Below, piece after piece: positions 50,924 through 61,133 of a stretch of DNA of 64,000 nucleotides. Source of the DNA: Dehalococcoidia bacterium (GTDB lineage: Bacteria; Chloroflexota; Dehalococcoidia; SM23-28-2; HRBIN24); the NCBI GenBank assembly GCA_025062275.1, contig JANXAP010000020.1, positions 19,882 through 83,881 on the forward strand, written 5' to 3'. Made by a program: the position numbers and the translations under genes. Every line of letters begins with the position of its first letter. Positions within the stretch are counted from its first letter, which is position 1. A model generated the notes under the pieces. It searched no databases and was not told the DNA's origin. It worked only from the letters and a program-made list of their open reading frames with translations.

Positions 50924-51915
50924 AGCTGGGACGCATCTCCGTCCAGGGGCCCGACGGCCCCGAGGCGCGCCTGGTGCTGGCCCTGCCGGACGAGGGGAGG
51001 GCCATCGACCTGGCTGCTGCCGAGAGGCTGCGGCTCGAACGTCGGGGGGCGGCCCCCGAGGCCGCTCGCCGCCTGGCCCGAGCGCTCTTTCCGGGCAGCA
51101 TGGCGGCGGCCATCGCCCTGGGAGACCAGTTCCTGGAGGCGGCAGAAAGGGCGGCGGATGCCGACCGGGGCGATGCCTCCCTCCCGCTGGAGGGGCTGCG
51201 CTGGCTGCCGGCCATCGACCCGCCGGTGATGCGCGACTGTCTGGCCTTCGAGGAGCACATGGTGAACTCGTCGGCGCGGCTGGGGCGCTCCGTTCCCCCG
51301 GTCTTCTACCAGCTCCCCATCTATTACAAGGGGAATCCTCACAGCCTCATCGGCCACGAATGGGAGGTGCCGTGGCCCGGCTACACTCAGGCCATGGACT
51401 ACGAGCTGGAGCTGGGCTTCGTGGTGGGCAGGAGCGGACGAGACCTGACTCCCGAGGAGGCCCGAGGCTGCCTGTTCGGCGTCACCATCTTCAACGACTT
51501 CAGCGCCCGCGACATCCAGGGGCAGGAAATGGGGGGCGGCCTGGGGCCGGCCAAGGGCAAGGACTTCGCTACCGCCGTGGGGCCGTGGATCGTGACGGTG
51601 GACGAGCTGGACGTGATGTCCCTGGAGATGGTGGCGCGGGTCAACGGCGAAGAGTGGTCGCGAGGCTCCTCGGGCACCATCATGTGGCGGCCCGAGGAGA
51701 TCCTGGCCTACATCTCCTGGGGCGAGGAGCTGCACCCCGGCGACCTCATCGGCTCCGGCACCGTAGGCCGAGGTTGCGGCCTGGAGCTGGGACGCTTTCT
51801 CAGCCCGGGCGACGTGGTGGAGCTGGAGGTCTCGGGCATCGGCGTCCTGCGCAACCGCCTGGGCCAGCCCCAGCCGGTGCGGTGGCGCCCTTCGCCCCGT
51901 CAGCCCTCGGCCTAG
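50920..51915 (+). CDS. Fumarylacetoacetate hydrolase family protein
   Basis: DYELELG, NDFSARD, KGKDF, GSGT; ATG 50920 overlaps upstream stop. Confidence 0.9.
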   Translation: MKLGRISVQGPDGPEARLVLALPDEGRAIDLAAAERLRLERRGAAPEAARRLARALFPGSMAAAIALGDQFLEAAERAADADRGDASLPLEGLRWLPAIDPPVMRDCLAFEEHMVNSSARLGRSVPPVFYQLPIYYKGNPHSLIGHEWEVPWPGYTQAMDYELELGFVVGRSGRDLTPEEARGCLFGVTIFNDFSARDIQGQEMGGGLGPAKGKDFATAVGPWIVTVDELDVMSLEMVARVNGEEWSRGSSGTIMWRPEEILAYISWGEELHPGDLIGSGTVGRGCGLELGRFLSPGDVVELEVSGIGVLRNRLGQPQPVRWRPSPRQPSA

Positions 51916-52150
51916 CAGGCTAGCGGGCCAGCCCGTATTCGGAAACGAAGTGCTCCCAGACCAGGCGCGAGAGGCGGGCACCGAAGGAGTAGCCCGCGAA
52001 CTCGGTCGGCGCCCTCTCCGACGACCACGACTATGCGGGGCCCGGGTTACCGACTGAAAGCCTGAGAGGCCCCGGCCCACTCCGGGCAGGCAGCCCGAGG
52101 GACCAAGGGCCCACCTATCGGCAACGACGTAGGCCTTAGAGGAGTCCTTG
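51916..52150 (+). ncRNA. Candidate large structured ncRNA, tentatively a circularly permuted raiA-motif-like RNA
   Basis: GNRA-capped stems (TTCG-GAAA-CGAA; CCTA-TCG-GCAA-CGA-TAGG), long-range pairing GTAGCCCG/CGGGTTAC, motif blocks TGAAA, GCAGGC, CCAC, TTAGA, AGTCC. Confidence 0.55.
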
Positions 52151-52177
52151 TCAACTGCCGACCCTATGGGCCATAAT
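52148..52177 (+). promoter_or_regulatory. sigma70-like promoter for the LLM gene
   Basis: TTGTCA (52148-52153), 18 bp, CATAAT (52172-52177). Confidence 0.45.
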
Positions 52178-52238
52178 GCCAGTGCACAGCCTGAGCGCTC
52201 GCTAGGAGAAAGGCGGGCCGAGGACGGGGGTACAGGAG

Positions 52239-53489
52239 ATGAAGTTCGGTCTGTTCTACGAGTTGCAGCTCCCCAAGCCCTACGACGCCGACCAGTGGTT
52301 TCCCGACCAGGAGCACCGCATCGTCAAGGAGGCCCTGGAGCAGATCGAGCTGGCCGATAAGCTGGGCTTCGACTACATCTTCATCGTGGAGCACCACTTC
52401 CTGGAGGAATACTCTCACTCCTCGGCGCCGGAGGTCTTCCTGGCCGCAGCCAGCCAGCGCACCAAGAACATGCGGCTGGGCCACGGCATCGTCCTCATGC
52501 CCCCGCCCTACAACCACCCGGCGCGGGTGGCCGAGCGCATCGCCATGCTGGACCTGGTCTCCGACGGCCGCGTCGAGTTCGGCACCGGCGAGTCCTCCTC
52601 CGAGATGGAGATGGGCGGCTTCGGCGTCCGCCGCGAAGAGAAGAAGATGATGTGGGAGGAGGCCACCCGCGAGTGCCTGCGCATGATGACCGAGGTGCCC
52701 TACCCCGGCTACGAGGGCAACTACTTCGCCATGCCCTCCCGCAACGTCATCCCCAAGCCCCTGCAGAAGCCCCACCCGCCGGTCTGGGTGGCCGCCTCCC
52801 GCCGCGAGACGACCATGGTGGCGGCGCGGCTGGGCATCGGCTCCCTGGGCTTCGGCTTCGAGACGCCGGAGGAGGCCAGGGAGCGGGTCCAGGAGTACTA
52901 TCGCCTCATCCGCGAGGAATGCTTCCCCATCGGCAAGGCCATCAACCCGGCCCTGGCCGTCCTGTCGGTGCTCTCCTGCTTCGATAGCGACGAGGAGGCC
53001 ATCGCCAAGGGGCTGGAGGGTGCCCAGTTCTTCTCCTACTCCCTGGGCTATTACTACAGCCCCTTCACCGGCGGCAGCCATCGCCCCGGCCAGGTGAACC
53101 TCTACCGCCAGTTCAAGGACACGCCGCCGGAGCAGCGCTGGGGAGGGCTGGCCGAGTGGTTCCGGGGCTTCGCCGGCTACCGCGGCGGCTTCGGCGAGGA
53201 GCCCAAGGACGAGGTGGGCCGCGCCCTATGGCGGGCCGCCCAGCGGGGCGGCTGCATCGGCACCCCCGAGTTCATTCGCGAGACCCTGTTGCGCTACGAG
53301 GAGGCCCACCTGGACGTGATGCTGTTCGTGGCCCAGTGCGGCGCTCGCAAGCACGAGGACATCATGGACTCCCTCTACCGCTTCGGGACCAAGGTGCTGC
53401 CCGAGTTCAAGGAGCGGCACGAGCAGCACCTGCGCTGGCGCCAGGAGCAGCTAGCGCCCGTTGACTACCCCATCGTCTCGTCCATATGA
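52239..53489 (+). CDS. LLM class flavin-dependent oxidoreductase
   Basis: MKFGLF, LADKLGFD, EHHF, HPARVAE, PKPLQKPHPP. Confidence 0.92.
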   Translation: MKFGLFYELQLPKPYDADQWFPDQEHRIVKEALEQIELADKLGFDYIFIVEHHFLEEYSHSSAPEVFLAAASQRTKNMRLGHGIVLMPPPYNHPARVAERIAMLDLVSDGRVEFGTGESSSEMEMGGFGVRREEKKMMWEEATRECLRMMTEVPYPGYEGNYFAMPSRNVIPKPLQKPHPPVWVAASRRETTMVAARLGIGSLGFGFETPEEARERVQEYYRLIREECFPIGKAINPALAVLSVLSCFDSDEEAIAKGLEGAQFFSYSLGYYYSPFTGGSHRPGQVNLYRQFKDTPPEQRWGGLAEWFRGFAGYRGGFGEEPKDEVGRALWRAAQRGGCIGTPEFIRETLLRYEEAHLDVMLFVAQCGARKHEDIMDSLYRFGTKVLPEFKERHEQHLRWRQEQLAPVDYPIVSSI

Positions 53490-53823
53490 TGCGGCCGTGG
53501 CCGGCAAGGTAGACCGCATCCAGGACCCGGAGCTGAGGGCCTCCCTGCAGGCCGCCCAGGAGTCGCTTCGTCGGGGCGACTACCAGGACACGGTGCGCCG
53601 CTCGGCCGAGGCCTTCCTGGAGATGCTGCGCCGCCGTCCCGAACTCCTGCAGGGCCAGGAGGGCATAAGACGCATCTTCATGTTCCCGCGCCTGGGGGTG
53701 GACCTGGTGGTAACGCCAGGGAACCCTCCCGCGCTCCAGTTCCAGCGTGAGCGCTTCAGCTTCTCGGAGGCAGTGACTTACCTGGAGTTCGCCACCGAGC
53801 AGCTGCTGCGGGAAGGCATGTAG
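53461..53823 (+). CDS. Hypothetical protein
   Basis: ~120-aa ORF, host-like codon usage; start uncertain. Confidence 0.55.
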   Translation: MTTPSSRPYDAAVAGKVDRIQDPELRASLQAAQESLRRGDYQDTVRRSAEAFLEMLRRRPELLQGQEGIRRIFMFPRLGVDLVVTPGNPPALQFQRERFSFSEAVTYLEFATEQLLREGM

Positions 53824-53977
53824 CGGCCCATTAACCCCCGGGGCCGACGAGAACCGCGGCAGGCCTCGCGCCCTCCACCTCGCCAGCATCGCCCGGGCGC
53901 TCGTTGCAGGACGGCCGGTTGCCCCTGCGGGGCGCCTGCTCATGTGCACCCCCCATCCGTTGGAGGGCGGGCAGCCG

Positions 53978-55405
53978 TCAGATGTCGTAGTACAGGTAGA
54001 ACTCGTAGGGGTGGGGGCGCAGGCGCACCGGGTCCACTTCCCGTCGCCGCTTGTATTCCAGCCACGTCCCCAGCAGGTCGGACGTGAACACCCCGCCCCG
54101 CAACAGGAACTCGTGGTCCTCCTCCAGCTCTCGCAGCGCCTCGTCCAGGCTGCCCGGCACCGTGCGCAGGCCGGCCAGCTCCTCGGGCGAAAGCTCGTAG
54201 ACGTCGGTGTCCAGGGGGTCGCCGGGGTCCATCTCGTGGAAAATGCCGTCCAGCCCGGCCATCAGAATGGCAGCGAAGGCCAGGTAAGGGTTGCAGGAGG
54301 GGTCGGGCGTGCGGAACTCGATGCGCTTGGCCGCCGGGCTGCGGGAGTAGACGGGGATGCGCACCGCCGCCGACCGGTTGCGCTGGGAGTAGACCAGGTT
54401 CACGGGGGCCTCGAAGCCCGGCACCAGCCGCCGGTAGGAGTTGGTGGTGGGGGCGATGAGGGCGCAGAGGGCGCGGGCATGCCGAAGCAGCCCGCCGATG
54501 AAGTACATGCCCAGCAGGCTGAGCTGGGCATAGCCCTCGGGGTCGTAGAACAGGTTCTCGCCGTCCTTCCACAGGCTCACGTGCACGTGCATGCCCGAGC
54601 CGTTGTCGCCGAAGAGGGGCTTGGGCATGAAGGTGACCGTTTTGTCGTGCTCCCGGGCCACGTTGCGCAGGATGTACTTGTAGAGCATCACCTGGTCGGC
54701 CATGCGGGTCAGGGTCTGATAGCGCATGTCTATCTCACCCTGGCCGGCGGTGGCCACCTCGTGGTGGTGCACCTCGATGTCGATGCCCGCCTCCATCATC
54801 TTGAGGATGGCGATGGAGCGCAGATCCTGCAGGCTGTCGGTGGGCGGTGCAGGGAAGTAGCCCTCCTTGTAGCGGGGGCGGTGGCCCAGGTTTTTGCCCT
54901 CCCGCCCCGAGTTCCAGGCCCCTTCCTCCGAGTCCACGAAGTAGTAGCCGCAGTGCTCGTTCTGGTCGTAACGGACGCTGTCGAAGATGAAGAACTCCAC
55001 CTCGGGGCCGAAATAGGCCGTGTCGGCGACGCCCGACTCCCGCAGGTAGGCCTCGGCCTTCTGGGCCACGTAGCGGGGGTCGCGCCAGTAGCGCTCGCCC
55101 GTCACCGGGTCGCGCACGTCGCAGATGACTGACAGGGTGGGCACCCTGTAGATGGGGTCCACGAAGGCGCTGGACGGGTCGGGCACCAGCAGCATGTCCG
55201 ACTCCTGGATGTGCTGGAAGCCGCGGATGGAGGAGCCATCGAAGCCGATGCCGTCGCGGAAGACCCCCTCGTCCAGCGCCCTGGCCGGTATGGAGAAGTG
55301 CTGGAGGGTGCCGGGCAGGTCGGTGAATTTCAGGTCGACGATCTGGATGCCGCGCTCGCGGCAGAGGGCGATGACCTCGCCGGGGCTCCTGGGCCATCTC
55401 TCCAC
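53978..55405 (-). CDS. glnA: Glutamine synthetase type I
   Basis: [48 protein letters not shown]. Confidence 0.97.
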   Translation of the reverse strand: MERWPRSPGEVIALCRERGIQIVDLKFTDLPGTLQHFSIPARALDEGVFRDGIGFDGSSIRGFQHIQESDMLLVPDPSSAFVDPIYRVPTLSVICDVRDPVTGERYWRDPRYVAQKAEAYLRESGVADTAYFGPEVEFFIFDSVRYDQNEHCGYYFVDSEEGAWNSGREGKNLGHRPRYKEGYFPAPPTDSLQDLRSIAILKMMEAGIDIEVHHHEVATAGQGEIDMRYQTLTRMADQVMLYKYILRNVAREHDKTVTFMPKPLFGDNGSGMHVHVSLWKDGENLFYDPEGYAQLSLLGMYFIGGLLRHARALCALIAPTTNSYRRLVPGFEAPVNLVYSQRNRSAAVRIPVYSRSPAAKRIEFRTPDPSCNPYLAFAAILMAGLDGIFHEMDPGDPLDTDVYELSPEELAGLRTVPGSLDEALRELEEDHEFLLRGGVFTSDLLGTWLEYKRRREVDPVRLRPHPYEFYLYYDI

Positions 55406-55419
55406 CCCTCTTCACCTCC

Positions 55420-56826
55420 CTAGGCGTTCTGGCCTTCGCCTTCCTCACCGGTCCCCTTGAGGCCGGGGACGCGCCGCACCAGCTCCTCCAGCCTGACGCC
55501 GGTGAGGGCCTCGATGATGGGCGGCAGCTGGGCGATGACCTCGGCCACGTCGCGGGTGACGCGGCTGGCGCCGGCGGCGCCGTCGGCCCCGCCCGAGACG
55601 ATGACGATGCGCTCGGTGCGGGAGAGGGGCTGGGCCACCGCCTCGGCCAGCCGGGGCAGGATGTTGACCAGCATCTCGGTGACGGCAGCCTGGTTGTAGC
55701 GGGCCCAGGCCTCGGCCTTGCGGTCCATGGTCTCGGCCTCGGCCTGTCCCTTCTCGCGGATGACGTCGGCCTCGGCCAGGCCCACCGCCCGCACTCCCTC
55801 GGCCTCGCCCTGGGCCTCTGTCTGGCGGCGGTAGCGCTCGGCCTCCGCCAGCTCCTGGATGCGCTGGCGCTCGGCCTCGGCCGGCTTGATGACCGAGGCC
55901 ACCAGCTCCTTCTCCTTGCGCAGGATCTCTTTCTCCTCCAGTTCGGTGCGCAGCTCCTTCTCCAGGATGTCGAGCTGGACCTCCTCTCGCTTCACCAGCT
56001 GGGCGGTCTTGTAGCGCTGCAGGTCGTAGGCCAGGTCGGCTTCGGCGCGGCGCTGAGCTATGGCCGCCTCCACTTCGGCCCGCTTCAGCTCGTAGTCGCG
56101 GCGGGCGTCCTCGATCTTCATGTCGGCCTGATAGCGGAAGGTCTTGGCCTCCTCGTCGGCCCTGGCCTCGCCGATGATGGCGTCCCGCTTCACCTGGGCG
56201 GTGCGGGGGCGGCCCAGGGCCTCCAGGTAGCCGCGGGGGTCGGCGATGTTGCGCACCGTCAGGGAGACCACCTCCAGGCCCATGCGGTCCAGGTCCTGGC
56301 TGGCCAGGGCCTTCACCTGCTCGGCGAACTCTCGACGCTTGGTGTAGAGGTCCTCGATGGAGACGGTGCCCAGGACGGAGCGCATGTGCCCCTCCACCAC
56401 CTGCAGGGCGGTGCGCATCACCTCCTCCTGGGGGCGCGACAGGAAGTGCTCGGCCGCCCGAGCGATGGCCCCCTCCTCGCCCTTGACCTTGACGTGGGCC
56501 ACGGCGTCCACCGCCACCGGGACGCCGTGGACGGTGTAGACCTCCGGCGTGCGCACCTCGAAGCTCATCAGTTCCAGGGAGAGGCGCCGCGCCTGCTCGA
56601 CGATGGGCCAGACTACCGTGCCGCCGCCCCAGACGATGCGGTAGCCCAGGGTCCGCAGGCGGCCCTCGGGGTCGGTGACGGTGCGCCGTCTGCCCGCCAC
56701 GATGAGCACCTCATTGGGGCCGACCTTGGTATAGCGGGCTGCCGCCACCGGCAGCAGCACCGGCCAGAAAAGCAGCCAGGCCAGGCCCCAGAGGACATAG
56801 TAAATGGCGCTGCCGCCCTGCCTCAC
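55420..56826 (-). CDS. Flotillin/SPFH domain protein
   Basis: N-terminal TM, PNEVLI, GGG..VWP, EGHMRS, YLEALGR, AEA-rich coiled coil. Confidence 0.9.
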   Translation of the reverse strand: MRQGGSAIYYVLWGLAWLLFWPVLLPVAAARYTKVGPNEVLIVAGRRRTVTDPEGRLRTLGYRIVWGGGTVVWPIVEQARRLSLELMSFEVRTPEVYTVHGVPVAVDAVAHVKVKGEEGAIARAAEHFLSRPQEEVMRTALQVVEGHMRSVLGTVSIEDLYTKRREFAEQVKALASQDLDRMGLEVVSLTVRNIADPRGYLEALGRPRTAQVKRDAIIGEARADEEAKTFRYQADMKIEDARRDYELKRAEVEAAIAQRRAEADLAYDLQRYKTAQLVKREEVQLDILEKELRTELEEKEILRKEKELVASVIKPAEAERQRIQELAEAERYRRQTEAQGEAEGVRAVGLAEADVIREKGQAEAETMDRKAEAWARYNQAAVTEMLVNILPRLAEAVAQPLSRTERIVIVSGGADGAAGASRVTRDVAEVIAQLPPIIEALTGVRLEELVRRVPGLKGTGEEGEGQNA

Positions 56827-56832
56827 GGCGCA

Positions 56833-58129
<1,297 letters not shown>

Positions 58130-58760
58130 TCACCTGGCATAGGCGCGCTCGCCGTGCTGGGCCAGGTCCACACCCAGCAGCTCCTCCCGCGGGCTCACCC
58201 TGATGCCCAGAGTCCAGTCCAAGAGCTTCAGGATGACGAAGGTCATGACGAACGAGTAACCCCAGGTGGCGCCGATCCCCGACAGCTGGGCCAGGATCTG
58301 CTCCGGCCGCCCGTCTATCGCCCCGCCGATGCCGCCCTGGAAGCCTGCCGTCTGGGTCACCAGCGAAGTGGCGAAGATGCCCGTGGCCAGGGCGCCCCAG
58401 GTGCCGCCCATGCCGTGCACCGCCCACACGTCCAGGGAGTCGTCCACGTCCAGCCAGTGCTTAACCCGCGCCGCCCCGTAGCAGATGACCCCCGCCCCGG
58501 CGCCGATGACGAGGGCCGGCAGGATGTTGATGTAGCCGTCGGCGGCGTCCCACGCCCCCACGAAGCCCGAGGCGGGGGTGATGGCCACCAGCCCCGCCAC
58601 CGCCCCTGTGGCGGCGCCGGTGACGCTGGGCACCCCCTGGTAGAGCCAGCTCATGGCCAGCCAGGCCAGGGCAGCGGCCGCCGCCGCCGTGTTGGTCACC
58701 ACGAAGGCGTTGGCCGCCGAGGCGCCGGCGGCCACGGCGCTGCCGGCGTTGAAGCCGAAC
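58130..58760 (-). pseudogene. amtB: 3' half of ammonium transporter, interrupted
   Basis: FGFNAGS, GAVAGLVAITP, DDSLDVWAVHG, EELLGVDLAQHGE..Y; homology stops abruptly before FGFNAGS. Confidence 0.88.
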
Positions 58761-58863
58761 TCCACTGAAACGGACCCGAGCGCCCCCGAAGGGAACACAG
58801 ATACCGCCTGGAAACGCACGGAAACACCTGAAGGCCCTGGAGTGGAACCTAGGGGAACCGACT

Positions 58864-59010
58864 GCCCCGTTATGCTTCGCCCCGTTGATGACCAATTTGA
58901 TGACCAAATGCTGAGAAAGTGAGCCGATTGAAACAGTTGGAAACACTTTCGGTATTTGAATTGTTTCACTGGAGTGCCCTGGAGTGCCCTGTAGAGGAAT
59001 CTAGTGCCCT
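58864..59010. repeat. Cluster of short direct repeats (att-arm-like)
   Basis: TTGATGACCAA x2 (58885, 58897); GCCCCGTT x2 (58864, 58879); AGTGCCCT x3 (58973, 58983, 59003). Confidence 0.8.
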
Positions 59011-59087
59011 TGAGAGGAAGTCTCAGACCGTTACGGGCTAGAAGAGGCAGCCTGACGACACGTGCACCGGATCTCTCGCGCAAGGTC

Positions 59088-59116
59088 TTGACAGCGCCCT
59101 CACTCGCTTGTATCCT
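59088..59116 (+). promoter_or_regulatory. sigma70 promoter for the tad operon
   Basis: TTGACA (59088-59093), 17 bp, TATCCT (59111-59116); GGAGGTG SD before ATG 59157. Confidence 0.7.
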
Positions 59117-59156
59117 TCCTGGCGACGGTTCGGTACCTCTGGCGGAGGTGGCCGGT

Positions 59157-59915
59157 ATGACAAGCGTGGCCAGGCGGGAGGCGAGGACAGGCCGTCTCGA
59201 CCTGCGCCTCGTCCTGGGCCTCGGCATCGCCCTCGCAGCCTTCCTCATCGGCATCCAGGTCTACTCCGCGGGTCAGCCCAAGAGCGTGGACGTGCTCGTG
59301 GCCGCCCGTGACCTGCCCCAGGGCGCCGTCCTGGGCGACGGTGACCTGAGGGTTGAGAGCGTGCCGGTGAACGACCGGCTGCGGCAGTACCTGGTGGCGG
59401 CGTCGGCCAGGGCTGATGTGGTAGGGAAGGCGACGGCGAGGCCTTTGCGGGCCGGGGAGCCCATCACCATGTCGTCCCTCACCCAGGGGCTGCCCCTTGA
59501 GGCTGACGAGGTGGCGCTGGCGCTGCCGGTCCTGGACCGCATCTACGTCCCCTACCAGGTGGAGAAGGGGCAGCGGGGCCTGCTCTACGCCATCGGCGCG
59601 GGGCAGGGCGGTGCCCAGCAGGCGGTGCTGGTGAGCGAGCGGGTGCGGGTGCTGGAGGTGGTGCGCTCCCGCCAGCAGGCCGGGACCGGGGGCGAGGTGC
59701 AGGGCGCTCCCACCAGCGTGACGCTGGCGGTGCCGCGCGAGGAGGCGGAGCTGGTGTCCCGGGCCATCGCCCAGAACATCGTCGCCCTGGCGGTCCTGCC
59801 GGCGGGGGTACAGGCGCCGGCCGTGCCCAGGGCGGGGCAGGGGACGACCCTGCCGGCGCCGGGAGGGGCGGGCGCCGGCACGCCGGCCGCGACCGCCACG
59901 CCGGCGGCACGGTAG
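59157..59915 (+). CDS. SAF-domain Flp pilus assembly protein (CpaB/RcpC-like)
   Basis: N-terminal TM; VLVAARDLPQGAVL..DL; VVGK...RPL.AGEPI; VTLAV. Confidence 0.8.
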   Translation: MTSVARREARTGRLDLRLVLGLGIALAAFLIGIQVYSAGQPKSVDVLVAARDLPQGAVLGDGDLRVESVPVNDRLRQYLVAASARADVVGKATARPLRAGEPITMSSLTQGLPLEADEVALALPVLDRIYVPYQVEKGQRGLLYAIGAGQGGAQQAVLVSERVRVLEVVRSRQQAGTGGEVQGAPTSVTLAVPREEAELVSRAIAQNIVALAVLPAGVQAPAVPRAGQGTTLPAPGGAGAGTPAATATPAAR

Positions 59916-59927
59916 CCAGGAGGAGCC

Positions 59928-61133
59928 ATGAGGGAAGAGGTGTACGGCGCCGTGGCGGGCACCGAGCCCCCCGAGGGGAGGGCGTGGCGCGTCCAGCCTC
60001 GGGTCATCGTGGGCGTGGACAGGCAGCGGGCGTCCGGCCTGAGACAGGCCCTCATGGCGGCAGGCCTGGAGGTGGCGCCCGGCCTGACCATGGAGGACGT
60101 GCTGCGCTATGCGGCGGAAGGGAGGGGCGACCTGGCGCTCGTGTCCGGCAGCTTCCGGGGGGTGACGTCCGAGCGGCTGGACGAGCTGCGCGCCCTGGGC
60201 CTGCCGGTGGTGGTCATGGCCAGGGACGACGACTCGGCGCGCTACATGGGCCGGGGCTACGTCGTCCTGCCCGACCGCTTGCCCCCCGAGCAAGTGACGG
60301 AGGCGGTGCTGGCCGTCCTGGAGGGCCGTATGGCGCCCTCGCCGGCCGGGACGGCACCCCCCACGCCGGCGGTCCCGGAGGAGGAAGGGGAGGAGGGCAA
60401 GGGGAGGCTGGTGACGGTCTGCGGCCTCAAGGGCGGGTCGGGCAAGACGACCCTTGTCCTCTCGCTGGCCTACGCCATTGGCCGGGCCGGGCGACGGGCA
60501 TGCGCCCTCTCCCTGGACCCGGTGGCGAGCGACTTCCAGGCCTACCTCGGCCTCGATGTGGGCGACGGCATCGCGGTGGCAGTAGGCAGCTCGGAGATGG
60601 AGCAGGCGGTGGCGAGGGAGCTGAGGGCCGTCGCCAAGGGGTGCGACGTCCTGTGTGGCCCCTTCCGGCCCATTGGGATGCGGGCCGTCACGGGGGAGCT
60701 GGCGAGGCGGGTAGTGGCGTTCCTGCGGCGCCGCTACGACGTCGTGCTGGTGGACGCCGGCAACTACCCCACCGAGCACCCTGCGGCCGGCTGGGCCATG
60801 GAGGCGGCAGACCAGCTGCTGGTGGTCATCACGCCCGAGTTCGTGAGCATCTACCGGGCGCATGTGAGCATGGAACGGCTGCAGGAGCTGCGCCGTGGCC
60901 GCTGGACGGGCATCGTCATGTGCCGCTACCGGCGCGGCCGGCACCACTGGACGGAGCACGAGGTGCGGGACGAGCTGGGGCTGCCCATCGTGGGCGTGGT
61001 GCCCGATGACGAGAAGGGGGCGGCGCGGGCGCTGGACCGGCAGGCGCCCCTTGTGGCCGTGGGCGGCAGGGCGGCAGCGGCCATAGAGAGGCTGGCGCGG
61101 CAGCTGCTGGCGGTGGAGGTGGCGGCGCGATGA
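59928..61133 (+). CDS. CpaE/TadZ-like MinD/ParA family ATPase
   Basis: Receiver-like N-terminus; KGGSGKTT; YDVVLVDAG. Confidence 0.8.
   Translation: MREEVYGAVAGTEPPEGRAWRVQPRVIVGVDRQRASGLRQALMAAGLEVAPGLTMEDVLRYAAEGRGDLALVSGSFRGVTSERLDELRALGLPVVVMARDDDSARYMGRGYVVLPDRLPPEQVTEAVLAVLEGRMAPSPAGTAPPTPAVPEEEGEEGKGRLVTVCGLKGGSGKTTLVLSLAYAIGRAGRRACALSLDPVASDFQAYLGLDVGDGIAVAVGSSEMEQAVARELRAVAKGCDVLCGPFRPIGMRAVTGELARRVVAFLRRRYDVVLVDAGNYPTEHPAAGWAMEAADQLLVVITPEFVSIYRAHVSMERLQELRRGRWTGIVMCRYRRGRHHWTEHEVRDELGLPIVGVVPDDEKGAARALDRQAPLVAVGGRAAAAIERLARQLLAVEVAAR

Noticed and set aside
51968..52003. Glycine riboswitch (CACCGAAGGAG match)
   Set aside because: The GGAGA and CUCUCAGG elements are missing and no glycine-related gene follows.
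52025..52147. Group I intron, RNase P RNA or SAM-I riboswitch
   Set aside because: Only isolated words match (GACTAT, GAGGAGTCC, GAGGGAC..GGCAAC). Partner strands and spacing are absent and no host gene is interrupted.
58130..59254. Track ORF of 374 aa as an intact AmtB
   Set aside because: Everything upstream of 58760 is non-homologous read-through across the repeat region and the antisense of the cpaB-like gene.
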